A stretch of 64,000 nucleotides of DNA from NCBI GenBank assembly GCA_012730105.1, contig JAAYBJ010000003.1:13450-77449 (forward strand), written 5' to 3'. This DNA is from Candidatus Hydrogenedentota bacterium. Its GTDB lineage: Bacteria; Hydrogenedentota; Hydrogenedentia; Hydrogenedentales; CAITNO01. The notes under the pieces were generated by a model. The model was not told the DNA's origin and did not search any database. It saw nothing but the letters and a program-made list of their open reading frames with translations. This document shows positions 55,126 to 64,000 of the stretch, in pieces; positions within the stretch are counted from its first letter, which is position 1, and each line of letters begins with the position of its first letter. A program made the position numbers and the translations under genes.

Positions 55126-56418
55126 GTGACACCACTGAACAGTAACGAAGCGGCCCGGGTCGTACAAATACGTGCGCAATCCGCATCAGCCTTGTCCGAT
55201 AACCTGATGCCCTTCTGGGCGAACAATACCTGGGATGAGGAATACGGCGGTTTCCTGACCCGGCTGGACCGGCGGGGCCAGCGACTGGACGACTTGGAAA
55301 AAGTACTGATGATGCAGGTGCGCATGATCCACAGCCTGTCGGCGGCACACCGTCACGGCCTGCGCGACCGCGGTTACCTGGAGTTGGCGGACCGGGGCTT
55401 TGACTACCTCATCCATACCTTTTGGGACAACACAAACGGCGGCTTGTATTTTTCCGTCAACCGCGATGGAAACCCCCGCTCCACGCGCAAGAATACGGAT
55501 TTCCACGCGTATGCCTTGACCGGGCTTTCAGAATATTACCTGGCGTCCGGACAGTCCGAAGCGCTCCAGTGGGCATGCCGCGTGTTTGACATGCTGCTGG
55601 CAAGCGCGGCTGACCGCGACCTGGGTTTTATCGAAGACTTTGACGGTAAAGACTGGCCGGCGTTAAACGCCGAACAGATGGGCCTGGGCGGCCGGACCGG
55701 CATCAAGACCATCGACATGCATACCAATGTGCTTGAGGGGATGACCTACCTGGCGCGGGCATCAGGCGAGCAAAAACACAGGGAAGCGCTGGACGCCCTG
55801 CTTGACCTCATCTGCCGGAAAGGCATTCACCCCAGCCCCGGATGCACCATCACCGCCTTTGACGCGGGCTGGTATCCTGTGAGTGACGCGGCAGGACGGA
55901 TGACCACCTCCTATGGGTTGAACGTGGAACTTGCCTGGCTAATTTGGGAGGCCATGGATGTACTGGGAAAAACAGAGGATTTTTATCACCAGATCGCGCT
56001 GGGCTTGATTGACCACGCACTGGCCTTCGGCTTTGACCAGGAACGGGGCGGCCTCGCGGCGAATGGGCCGATTACCGGCTTCATTCTGGATGCGGGCGAA
56101 TTGGGCGAAGCGCGCCTGCATAAGTCATGGTGGGCCCAGGCGGAATTATTGAACGCCCTGTGCGGCGCTTTTGCACGTACCGGGAACCGGAAGTATTTTG
56201 ACGCCCTGGTCAAAACCTTCGACTGGGTCTACCGCTTTCAGATCGACCACGAATGCGGCGACTGGTACCAGGATACCCGCTGGGATACCGGCGAACCCCT
56301 CACCACCGACAAAGGCCGGGAATTCAAGACTTCCTTTCATGCGGGACGGGCGCTGATTCGGCTCAGCGAAGCCTTAAGAAAATGGGGGGACTCCGCTACT
56401 TCTCAAGGGAGACCATAA
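55126..56418 (+). CDS. N-acylglucosamine 2-epimerase (AGE)-family sugar epimerase/isomerase
   Basis: (alpha/alpha)6 barrel-type sequence with repeated aromatic/His/Glu positions characteristic of AGE, cellobiose 2-epimerase and YihS. GTG start. Confidence 0.8.
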   Translation: MTPLNSNEAARVVQIRAQSASALSDNLMPFWANNTWDEEYGGFLTRLDRRGQRLDDLEKVLMMQVRMIHSLSAAHRHGLRDRGYLELADRGFDYLIHTFWDNTNGGLYFSVNRDGNPRSTRKNTDFHAYALTGLSEYYLASGQSEALQWACRVFDMLLASAADRDLGFIEDFDGKDWPALNAEQMGLGGRTGIKTIDMHTNVLEGMTYLARASGEQKHREALDALLDLICRKGIHPSPGCTITAFDAGWYPVSDAAGRMTTSYGLNVELAWLIWEAMDVLGKTEDFYHQIALGLIDHALAFGFDQERGGLAANGPITGFILDAGELGEARLHKSWWAQAELLNALCGAFARTGNRKYFDALVKTFDWVYRFQIDHECGDWYQDTRWDTGEPLTTDKGREFKTSFHAGRALIRLSEALRKWGDSATSQGRP

Positions 56419-56847
56419 TGAAGCAAAGACCGAGCAGAAGTTTTGTAATGGCTATGTTTATTGTTGGACCGGCTGTTGGTGGCTTGATTGGAATGACCAT
56501 GGTTATTGTTTCAATGCTTTTTTTTCATGGAGTATGTCGTTGGAGCGGGCTTGATACTGATTCTCGCCGGAGTTTTGGGAAGTGTTACGGGAGGTATCTT
56601 TGCGCCGATTACCTATCCCTTTATTCGACATATGGACATTCCCAAGGTTGTTGGTTGTTTGGCGGGAGGTACGTTCATTTTCGGAATGATTCCAAGTATC
56701 GTATTCTATTGCCGTCTAGGGGAGGCTATGCCCATACTAAACTGGCCTGCGGGAATGTTGGGTTATTGGATAACCTTTTTGTTCCGCCATGAACTCATTT
56801 GGCTTATCGACTGGTGGCAGGCCCGTCGACATACGGAAACTGAATAA
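56418..56847 (+). CDS. Small multi-TM membrane protein, reading frame apparently split at a T8 homopolymer (56518-56525); the downstream frame 56506..56847 is intact
   Basis: Two overlapping hydrophobic ORFs in different frames (56418.. and 56506..) would fuse into a ~143-aa protein with a +/-1 shift in the run GCTTTTTTTTCATGG. The region is AT-richer than its surroundings. Confidence 0.4.
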
Positions 56848-57131
56848 GAATTAATTTTTACCTGGGACTTCGCCCGGAAAAATGGCATCTACCCCGTTCC
56901 CGGCATTTTCGAACCCACAAATTTTTGTTGAAGAAATAGGCCTAAGCGCTTAGGTTACCCTGGTACTCACTAAAATGGATTGGACTGTAATGCACTTAAA
57001 AACAGTTGCGTTTCAGAAGCGCTCACCATTTGATACCAGATCTGAAAGGGAAAAGGGGAGGCAAATTTACTATAATGGTGCCGTAACAATACGTGAAAAC
57101 CTATTAGGGGTCAGACACGAGGAGGCGTTTT

Positions 57132-57383
57132 ATGACACGGATAGAGATACAAGTGCCGGAAGGCGTACTTGCAAGTCTTCATTTTGCGCCAGACCAGTTT
57201 AGTCGTGAGCTGCGCCTGGCAGCCGCTGTCAAGTGGTATGAGTCCGGCAAATTAAGCCAGTCTCGAGCCGCTGAAATCGCAGGCCTTTCACGAACGGAAT
57301 TCATGGATTCCCTCAGCCACTTTCAGGTAACTCCTTTTCAGACATCCGTTAACGAATTATGCGACGAGGTCGTGCATGAGTGA
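57132..57383 (+). CDS. UPF0175-family antitoxin
   Basis: AAAVKWYESGKLSQSRAAEIAGLSRTEFMDSL matches the UPF0175 consensus. GGAGG RBS. Confidence 0.8.
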   Translation: MTRIEIQVPEGVLASLHFAPDQFSRELRLAAAVKWYESGKLSQSRAAEIAGLSRTEFMDSLSHFQVTPFQTSVNELCDEVVHE

Positions 57384-57870
57384 TATGTGGGTACTAAATG
57401 CCTCGCCTGTCATTGCCCTTGCCAAGGCCAATTCTCTCTTTATTCTTGCTGAATCCAACCGCGAACTTATAATTCCGGATGCTGTGGCCGAGGAAATACG
57501 GCAAGGACCTCCCCAGGATCCCGCCCGGCAGGCGTTAGAGTCGGGGTGGGGACCAAAGCCTGCGGTCAGCAAACTCGAATACGATGTGCTTGAATGGGGA
57601 CTTGGACAAGGAGAGTCCGCGGTATTGAGCCTGGCCAGGCAAAAAACGGCATGGGCTGTGGTGGATGACCGGGCGGCGCGAAATGCCTGTAAGGCTTTAG
57701 GCATTCGTTTTATAGGCACGTTGGGGGTTATTTTGCTTGCAAAGGTCGAAGGTCGAATCTCATCGTCGGTTGCCGTACTTAAAACATTGCAGAACGCCGG
57801 CTTATATCTCGACGATGAAATGATTCGAACCGGGTTATTAAAATCTACCGGAGAAATATGGCCTGTATGA
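57376..57870 (+). CDS. DUF3368 (PIN-like) toxin partner of UPF0175
   Basis: LNASPVIALAKANSLFIL...VVDDRAARNACKALGIRFIGTLGVILLAK matches the DUF3368 pattern. 8-nt overlap with the antitoxin gene. Confidence 0.8.
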   Translation: MSDMWVLNASPVIALAKANSLFILAESNRELIIPDAVAEEIRQGPPQDPARQALESGWGPKPAVSKLEYDVLEWGLGQGESAVLSLARQKTAWAVVDDRAARNACKALGIRFIGTLGVILLAKVEGRISSSVAVLKTLQNAGLYLDDEMIRTGLLKSTGEIWPV

Positions 57871-57939
57871 ACGACTTCCAGGCTTGAATACTATCCGAGT
57901 TAAACCGTGATCCGTATTCCCTACGTCAGGAAAAAAACT

Positions 57940-60231
57940 ATGAACTTGCTTGTCGCGGCCAACCTCCTTGCCCTTCTTGTCACGCACACGCCTACAACAC
58001 TCGTCCATGAATTCCCTCTGGCTCAGGTCCGCTTGCTGGACGGGCCGTTCAAGGTCGCTATGGACCAGAACACGGTGTGGCTGCTGTCGCTGGATGCGGA
58101 CCGGTTGCTGGCGGGATTCCGAGAGTCTGCGGGGCTGGAACCCAAGGCCCCACGCTACGGCGGCTGGGAACAACAGGGCGTCGCCGGCCATTCGCTGGGC
58201 CATCACCTGTCAGCCTGCGCCGCCATGAGCGCCCAGGGCGACGCGCGCTTTACGGAACGGGTAAACTACATCGTCCATGAACTGGCCCTGTGCCAGGAGG
58301 CGGGCGGTGACGGCTATGTGGGCGCCATCCCGGACGGGCGCCGCGTATTTTCCGAAATCGCCCGGGGCGACATCCGTGCGGAGAATTTCAACCTGAACGG
58401 CGTTTGGGTGCCGTGGTACACCATGCACAAGGTCATGGCAGGGTTACGCGACGCGTGGCGTCTTGCCGGGAATGAGGAAGCACTGGCCGTCTACAAAAAA
58501 CTGGGCGATTGGGAATTGCAGGTGACAGACGCACTCACCCCGGAACAACTGCAGACCATGCTCAGCTGCGAACACGGCGGTATGAACGAGGTTGCCGCGG
58601 ATTTGTTTGCCGCCACGGGCGATGAAAAGTACCTGGAGTTAGCGCGGCGGTTTTATCACAAGGCGGTGCTGGATCCAGCGGCAAAGCACCATAATGCCTT
58701 GAACGGCCTGCACGCGAACACGCAGTTCCCGAAGTTCATCGGCCTGGCGCGTCAATATGAAGTCGCTGGTGACACATGGGCGGGCGAAGCATCCAGGTTC
58801 TTCTGGGAAACCGTGGTGCGCCATCACAGTTACGTCACGGGCGGTAACAGCGACCACGAGCACTTCGGTCCGCCGGATCAATTGTCGGAGCGGCTCAGCG
58901 ACCAGACCACGGAAAGCTGCAACACCTACAACATGCTCAAATTGACGCGCCGCCTGTTCATGCAGGCACCCAAGCCTGACTACGCGGAGTTCTATGAACG
59001 GGCCCTGTTCAACCACATCCTGGGATCCCAAGACCCGGCGACCGCCCGGGTGACCTATTATGTGCCCCTGAAATCCGGCTTGGAAAAGACCTACCAGACC
59101 CTGGACGACACCTTCTCCTGTTGCGTGGGCACGGGCATGGAAAACCATACGCAGTACGGGTCAAGCATTTATTTTCATAGTGATGACGCCCTGTATATCA
59201 ACCTGTTCATTGCTTCCGAACTTTCCTGTCCCGAAAAGGGGCTAACCCTGACGCAGGAAACACGCTACCCGGAGGAAGATGCCTCGCGATTCAAATTCGC
59301 CTGCACGCAGCCGGTTCGTTTAACCGTCTATTTGCGATATCCGGCGTGGGCAAAAGACGGCGCGTCCCTTAGCATAAACGGTGTCGCGGAAACGTTAAAA
59401 GCCACACCGGGTAGTTTCATTCCCCTAGTGCGGGAATGGAAAGATGGTGATGTGCTGTCCGTGAAATATCCCATGTCCCTGCGGACGGAAGCCATGCCCG
59501 ATAATGCCGCCCGGCTTGCCTTTTTCTACGGCCCCGTGCTGCTGTCGGGCGCGCTGGGCAAGAACGAATGCCCCCCGGCCAACATGCCGGTACTCATCGC
59601 CAACGAAAAACCTTTGGAACACTGCCTGGAACCCGTTCCCGGCGAATCGCTTACGTTCAAGACTTCCGGCATCGGCCATCCCGAAGACCTGACCCTGATT
59701 CCTTTCTACCGCATGCACCATCAGCGCCACATCGTCTACTGGGACCTGTTTACCCGGGAACAGTGGGAAGAACGACAGGCGGCCTACCGCGCGGAACAGG
59801 AGCGGCTGCGCCGGCTGGAAGCGCGCACCCTGGATTTTGTGCAGCCTGGTGAGATGCAACCCGAACGGGACCACGCCTTTGAAGGTGTAAACAGCCGCCA
59901 CGGATCGCACCTGGACCGCACGTGGCGCGACGCCGCCGACGGCGGATGGTTCGCGTTCACCATGCAGGTATCGCCGGACAAGCCCGTGGAGCTGGTCGTC
60001 ACTTATTGGGGCAGTGATGCCGGCCCGCGCACGTTCGACATCCTTGTGGACGGTACGGTCATTGCCACCCAGCAACTGGACAACCCTTCACCGGGCAACT
60101 TCTGGGATGTGGCCTATCCCGTTCCTTCTGAACTGACCCACGACAAGGAAACGGTGCGCGTCACCTTCCAAGCCCATCCGGGCAATATGGCAGGCGGCAT
60201 CTTCGGGCTGCGAACCGCAGTGCCGGAATAA
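57940..60231 (+). CDS. Glycoside hydrolase family 127-like (beta-L-arabinofuranosidase HypBA1-type, DUF1680)
   Basis: ESCNTYNMLKL and FSCCVGTGMENH correspond to the Glu/Cys and Cys-Cys zinc/catalytic motifs of GH127. 764 aa with a signal-like N-terminus. AGGAAAAA RBS. Confidence 0.85.
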   Translation: MNLLVAANLLALLVTHTPTTLVHEFPLAQVRLLDGPFKVAMDQNTVWLLSLDADRLLAGFRESAGLEPKAPRYGGWEQQGVAGHSLGHHLSACAAMSAQGDARFTERVNYIVHELALCQEAGGDGYVGAIPDGRRVFSEIARGDIRAENFNLNGVWVPWYTMHKVMAGLRDAWRLAGNEEALAVYKKLGDWELQVTDALTPEQLQTMLSCEHGGMNEVAADLFAATGDEKYLELARRFYHKAVLDPAAKHHNALNGLHANTQFPKFIGLARQYEVAGDTWAGEASRFFWETVVRHHSYVTGGNSDHEHFGPPDQLSERLSDQTTESCNTYNMLKLTRRLFMQAPKPDYAEFYERALFNHILGSQDPATARVTYYVPLKSGLEKTYQTLDDTFSCCVGTGMENHTQYGSSIYFHSDDALYINLFIASELSCPEKGLTLTQETRYPEEDASRFKFACTQPVRLTVYLRYPAWAKDGASLSINGVAETLKATPGSFIPLVREWKDGDVLSVKYPMSLRTEAMPDNAARLAFFYGPVLLSGALGKNECPPANMPVLIANEKPLEHCLEPVPGESLTFKTSGIGHPEDLTLIPFYRMHHQRHIVYWDLFTREQWEERQAAYRAEQERLRRLEARTLDFVQPGEMQPERDHAFEGVNSRHGSHLDRTWRDAADGGWFAFTMQVSPDKPVELVVTYWGSDAGPRTFDILVDGTVIATQQLDNPSPGNFWDVAYPVPSELTHDKETVRVTFQAHPGNMAGGIFGLRTAVPE

Positions 60232-60248
60232 AGGCGGATTGTTTGAAC

Positions 60249-60283
60249 CAATGGACGTAATGGACATCATGGACATAATGGAG
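60249..60283 (+). repeat. 9-bp-periodic ATGGAC repeat (CAATGGACG TAATGGACA TCATGGACA TAATGGAGC) encoding mini-ORF MDVMDIMDIMEPP
   Basis: Direct reading. Lies 18 bp after the GH127 stop. In-frame ATGs at 60251/60260/60269/60278; TAA stop at 60290. Confidence 0.75.
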
Positions 60284-60360
60284 CCGCCCTAAATGATAAT
60301 GGCGCAAACAACCCAAGTGAACACCACAGGGTATTGCTCAACCCTGCCTACCCCCAAAAC

Positions 60361-61461
60361 CTAATCCGAGGTCTTCCGCATTAAGCGCACGGCCAGGGCA
60401 AGAAACAGCAGGGCAAGACCGCATTGCCCGAGGATGGGCCGCCACAACGCGCGCGGACCGACTCCCTTTGTGACTATGCCTTGAACGATTTCCAGAAACC
60501 AGCGTAGAGGGTCGAGGAAGGTGAGGTATTGAAACAGGACGGGCATGTTGCGAACGGGAAAGATGAAGCCGCTGAGCAGCACGCAGGGCATCATGAAGAA
60601 AAAGGCGGTGAGCAGGGCCTGCTGCTGTGTTTTGGCGGTAGTGCTGATGACGAGGGCGAGGCCAAGATTACCAGCGATGTACACACCGGCCATGACATAG
60701 AGCAGCAGGAGGCTGCCCTGCACGGAAATGCCGAACATCACGCGGGTCAACACAAGCATCATAGTCATGATAAGGTACCCGAGCACCATATAGGGAATGG
60801 TCTTGCCGAGGATAAACTCGGTCTTGCCGATGGGCGTGACCAGCAGTTGTTCGATGGTGCCGATTTCCTTTTCACGCACGATGGCGATACTGGCCAGCAG
60901 GATGCTGACCACAAGCAGCATGACGGCGATGAGCCCGGGCACAAAATAGAACTTGCTTTCCAGGTTCGGGTTGAACCAGGCGCGCGTTTCAATGTCGATG
61001 GCACCGGGAAAGGACGCGGCCGAGTTCCCCAGGTGACCCGTGAGCACCTGGCTGGCGTAGTTGAACACGATGGCGGTGCTGTTGCTGTCCGTGGCGTCGG
61101 CGAGCAGCTGTACCCGGGCAGTGCGCCCGCCACGCAGGTCGCGCTCGAAGCCGGCCGGGAAATGGAACACACAGCGGACCTGCCCGGCGTCGAGGACCCG
61201 TGCCATGTCCGACTGCCGTTCGAGCGGCTCGATGATGTCGAAATAGCCGCTGCCGGTGAAGGCGGCAATAAGCGCGCGCGACGAGGGGGTCTGGTCGAGG
61301 TCGAGGACCGCCGCGCGGATATGGGTCACGTCGGTGGTGAGCGCGAAGGCGAAAATGAGCATCTGCAGCACGGGCATGAGGAGGATCATGGCGCGCATGC
61401 GCGGGTCGCGCAGCATCTGCAGAAACTCCTTGATTAACATTTCGCGGATTCGGCGGAACAT
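60361..61461 (-). CDS. ABC-2 family transporter permease
   Basis: About 6 TM helices with a large N-terminal periplasmic loop; ABC-2/YhhJ-like pattern. Confidence 0.85.
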   Translation of the reverse strand: MFRRIREMLIKEFLQMLRDPRMRAMILLMPVLQMLIFAFALTTDVTHIRAAVLDLDQTPSSRALIAAFTGSGYFDIIEPLERQSDMARVLDAGQVRCVFHFPAGFERDLRGGRTARVQLLADATDSNSTAIVFNYASQVLTGHLGNSAASFPGAIDIETRAWFNPNLESKFYFVPGLIAVMLLVVSILLASIAIVREKEIGTIEQLLVTPIGKTEFILGKTIPYMVLGYLIMTMMLVLTRVMFGISVQGSLLLLYVMAGVYIAGNLGLALVISTTAKTQQQALLTAFFFMMPCVLLSGFIFPVRNMPVLFQYLTFLDPLRWFLEIVQGIVTKGVGPRALWRPILGQCGLALLFLALAVRLMRKTSD

Positions 61462-61464
61462 GGG

Positions 61465-62595
61465 TTATTCCAATTTCAGTTTCATGCTCTTGTGGGCGAG
61501 CACGACCATCAGCGCGGCGTATATCGCAAGGAGCAGCGTGTTGAACCAGATGATTTCCAGGCCGACCCCCTTAAGGTAGATATCGCGCAGGATTTCAATG
61601 AAATAGCGCCCGGGAATCAGGTAGGTCAGCAGTTGCACGGGCACGGGCATATTCTCAATGGCGAAGGCGAAACCGCTGAGCAGCAGCGTTGGCAAATAAC
61701 TGGCCATGATGGCGGCCTGGTTGGCGAGGACCTGCGCCTTGAGGCGGATGCTCAGCATGAGCCCGAAAAAGAGGGCGCCCGTCAGAAAGATCGCGGCGGT
61801 GAAAAATACCAGGGCGGGGTGGCCACGCAGTGGCACCTGGAACAGCCACTGGCCGAGCACGACCGCGATGGCCACGTCGGCCATACCGATGACGTAATAG
61901 GGAAGCACCTTGCCCAGGACCAGTTCGGGCACGCGGATGGGCGTGCCGATGAGCTGTTCCATGGTGCCCAGTTCCCATTCCCGGGCTACGGTGACACTGG
62001 TCAGCATGGCGGCTATGACGATCATCACGATGACGATAATGCCGGGCACGGTGGTATTGACGCTGCGCAGGTCCGGATTGTACCAGGCGCGTAACTCCAG
62101 GACAATCGGCGCGGCTGCCGCGCCGCGGCCGGAAATCCGGGCGAGCGACGCCGCGACACGTCCGTTATAAAGGGCGCCCAAGGCGGATGCGTAACCCAGG
62201 GCAAGCCGGGCCGTGTTCGCATCGCTGCCATCGGCGATCACCTGGGCCTGTGCGCGGCCCTGGCGCAGACGCTGTACGAAGTCAGCGGGCACGACCAGGC
62301 CGAGCAGGGCCTTGCCGTTCTCCAGACGGCGTTGCATTTCCCCGTAGCTGTCAGAATACCCGGAGATGGAGAAGTAGGGCGAACCGCTGAAGAGGGCGAT
62401 CAACTCCCGGCTTTCGGGCGTACGCGACTGGTCCCAGACGACTGTGGGCACGTTGTCCAGGTCCATATCGAGGGCATACCCGAAGATGAGAATGAGCAGG
62501 GCCGGGATTGCCACCGCCAGCACCAGGCTGCGCCAGTCCCGGAACACATGGATAAATTCCTTGCGCGCTACGGCGCGTAACCGCCTGAAATTCAT
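61465..62595 (-). CDS. ABC-2 family transporter permease (paralog)
   Basis: Same architecture as the downstream gene. Start overlaps the stop of the ATPase gene (ATGA). Confidence 0.85.
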   Translation of the reverse strand: MNFRRLRAVARKEFIHVFRDWRSLVLAVAIPALLILIFGYALDMDLDNVPTVVWDQSRTPESRELIALFSGSPYFSISGYSDSYGEMQRRLENGKALLGLVVPADFVQRLRQGRAQAQVIADGSDANTARLALGYASALGALYNGRVAASLARISGRGAAAAPIVLELRAWYNPDLRSVNTTVPGIIVIVMIVIAAMLTSVTVAREWELGTMEQLIGTPIRVPELVLGKVLPYYVIGMADVAIAVVLGQWLFQVPLRGHPALVFFTAAIFLTGALFFGLMLSIRLKAQVLANQAAIMASYLPTLLLSGFAFAIENMPVPVQLLTYLIPGRYFIEILRDIYLKGVGLEIIWFNTLLLAIYAALMVVLAHKSMKLKLE

Positions 62596-64000
62596 GGTTG
62601 CCTCCCCCCCGCGTTGGCGGCCGAAGCAGCCTCCTCCCGGTCCACCTGTTCGATCAACGACACAAACACATCCTCCATGGAGGGCGTGATTTCGCGGACA
62701 TGAGCCGGGGCGGACCCGTACTCCTCGAAAGCCCGGTTCACCGCGCCGGCGACGGTTTCGGGATCCGCGACCACGAGGTGGATGCCCGCGCCGAACAGGG
62801 CCGCCTCGCGCACCCCGGGCAGCGCGGCCAGCGTTTCGATCAGGTCCTGGGGCGCGTCACAGGCGACGTCAAGAATGCGCTCGCGCATCACGCCGGTCTT
62901 CAGTTCGAGGGGCGTGCCCAGGGCGATCATCCGGCCCCGGTAAATCATGGCGAGCCGGTCGCAGTATTCGGCCTCCTCCATGTAGTGGGTGGTGACAAAT
63001 ACCGTCACGCCGTTCCCAGCCATGTCGTAAATGAGGTCCCAGAAACGCCGCCGGTTCAAGGGGTCCACCCCGCTGGTCGGCTCGTCGAGGAAAAGCACGG
63101 GCGGTTCGTGCAGTACGGCGCAGGCCATGGCAAGGCGCTGTTTCCAGCCTCCGCTGAGCACACGCGCCGGGCTCTGACGCCGTTCGCGCAGGCCCGTCAT
63201 GTCAAAAGCCCAGTCCTTGCGCGCGGCAAGGCGCCGCCCGGATAGCCCGTAGATCCCCCCGTAAAAATTAATGTTCTCCTCGACCGTCAGATCCTCGTAC
63301 AGGGAAAAGCGCTGGCTCATGTAGCCGATGTTCTTCTTGATGGCTTCGGGCTGGGTTCGCACATCGAAACCCGCCACCGTTCCCGAGCCTTCCGTCGGCG
63401 CAAGCAGCCCGCAGAGCATGCGGATGGTGGTGCTTTTCCCGGCGCCGTTCGGGCCTAGAAACCCGAAGATTTCGCCGCGCGCCGTTTCAAAACTCACCCG
63501 GTCCACCGCGGTAAACTTGCCGAAACGCCGGGTAAGCCCTTCGACGCGCACGGCAGGTCCGTCCGTCACGGAAGGCGGGGTATGGGAAGCAGCTTCGGAA
63601 ACCTGCCCGGGATGGGCCTCGGACGCTCCGTCCGCGCCCAGCACGGCCACGAAGACATCCTCCAGGGATGGAGTCTGCTCTCCGAGGTCTTCCGCGTCCA
63701 GGCCGGAGGACGCGATGGCCGCGAGCGCGTCCCGGCGCGCCCCCGCAATGTCGTCGGCCACCACATGCACCTGCGCGCCGAACACGTCCACGCTGGCACC
63801 GGACAAATGTGCGCGCAGCATCCGGGCGAGCTCCCTCGCACGCGTGCTGCGGAATGCCGTCAGACCACGATGCATCAGGCCCTTGATTTCACGGGGGCTA
63901 CCCTGGGCCAGCAGGCCGCCCCGGTCAAGCAGCGCCAGCCGGCCGCAGCGTTCCGCCTCATCGAGATAGGCGGTGCTTACGAGTATGGCCACATCCTGTT
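62592..64000 (-). CDS. ABC transporter ATP-binding protein with tandem ATPase domains (RbbA/YhiH-like); 5' end runs off the window
   Basis: Complete second domain ([37 protein letters not shown]), preceded by the C-terminal part of a first ABC domain ([14 protein letters not shown]). The frame is open to nt 64000. Confidence 0.9.
   Translation of the reverse strand, partial: QDVAILVSTAYLDEAERCGRLALLDRGGLLAQGSPREIKGLMHRGLTAFRSTRARELARMLRAHLSGASVDVFGAQVHVVADDIAGARRDALAAIASSGLDAEDLGEQTPSLEDVFVAVLGADGASEAHPGQVSEAASHTPPSVTDGPAVRVEGLTRRFGKFTAVDRVSFETARGEIFGFLGPNGAGKSTTIRMLCGLLAPTEGSGTVAGFDVRTQPEAIKKNIGYMSQRFSLYEDLTVEENINFYGGIYGLSGRRLAARKDWAFDMTGLRERRQSPARVLSGGWKQRLAMACAVLHEPPVLFLDEPTSGVDPLNRRRFWDLIYDMAGNGVTVFVTTHYMEEAEYCDRLAMIYRGRMIALGTPLELKTGVMRERILDVACDAPQDLIETLAALPGVREAALFGAGIHLVVADPETVAGAVNRAFEEYGSAPAHVREITPSMEDVFVSLIEQVDREEAASAANAGGRQP

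Noticed and set aside
56253-56792. 179-aa ORF overlapping the 3' end of the AGE epimerase gene.
   Set aside because: Its first two-thirds overlap a well-supported gene in another frame. Only the distal part from the ATG at 56418 is plausibly coding.

Overview
High-GC (roughly 60-65%) bacterial chromosomal window. It most likely comes from a PVC-superphylum organism (Planctomycetes/Verrucomicrobia/Lentisphaerae/Kiritimatiellae-like). Clues for that are a Planctomycete-type cytochrome c (PSCyt1-like, double CXXCH) domain protein, many Sec/TAT-secreted glycoside hydrolases, and giant Ig-repeat surface proteins. Coding content, in order: the 3' part of a GspE/PilB secretion ATPase; a hypothetical; Mpl murein peptide ligase overlapping a TMTC-like TPR membrane glycosyltransferase; a lipoprotein; two giant adhesin-like proteins (2124 and 4305 nt) with a shared C-terminal anchor; a 2-hydroxyacid dehydrogenase; GdhA; a large PEP-synthase-N-like (ATP-binding) kinase fused to an unknown N-domain, plus a Nudix hydrolase; an orphan HicB-like gene; a glycan-degradation cluster (4 secreted GH-like genes) interrupted by a ParE/antitoxin pair; a beta-CASP RNase; TAT-secreted hypotheticals; a ceramidase-like hydrolase; a PAS hybrid histidine kinase; a beta-propeller/PSCyt1 protein; a UDG-superfamily glycosylase; two paralogous secreted proteins carrying long EGEGE-type acidic tandem repeats and a conserved, apparently undescribed Cys-rich/GDWLLIG C-terminal anchoring module (one is internalin-like: LRR plus InlB B-repeats); SufCD; Fe/Mn-SOD; a second glycan cluster (SGNH-DUF1080, HAD-IIB, AGE epimerase, GH127); a UPF0175/DUF3368 TA pair; and an ABC-2 exporter (two permeases plus a tandem-ATPase protein that runs off the window). 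Non-coding content is rich. There are three families of intergenic repeat elements: a ~240-bp MITE-like element in two copies, a ~120-bp palindromic element in three copies, and a ~75-bp double-palindrome promoter/operator-like element in two copies. There are also 9-bp-periodic ATGGAC repeats at two loci, a 13-bp tandem array, nested inverted repeats, and several rho-independent terminators. No rRNA, tRNA or CRISPR array was recognised.
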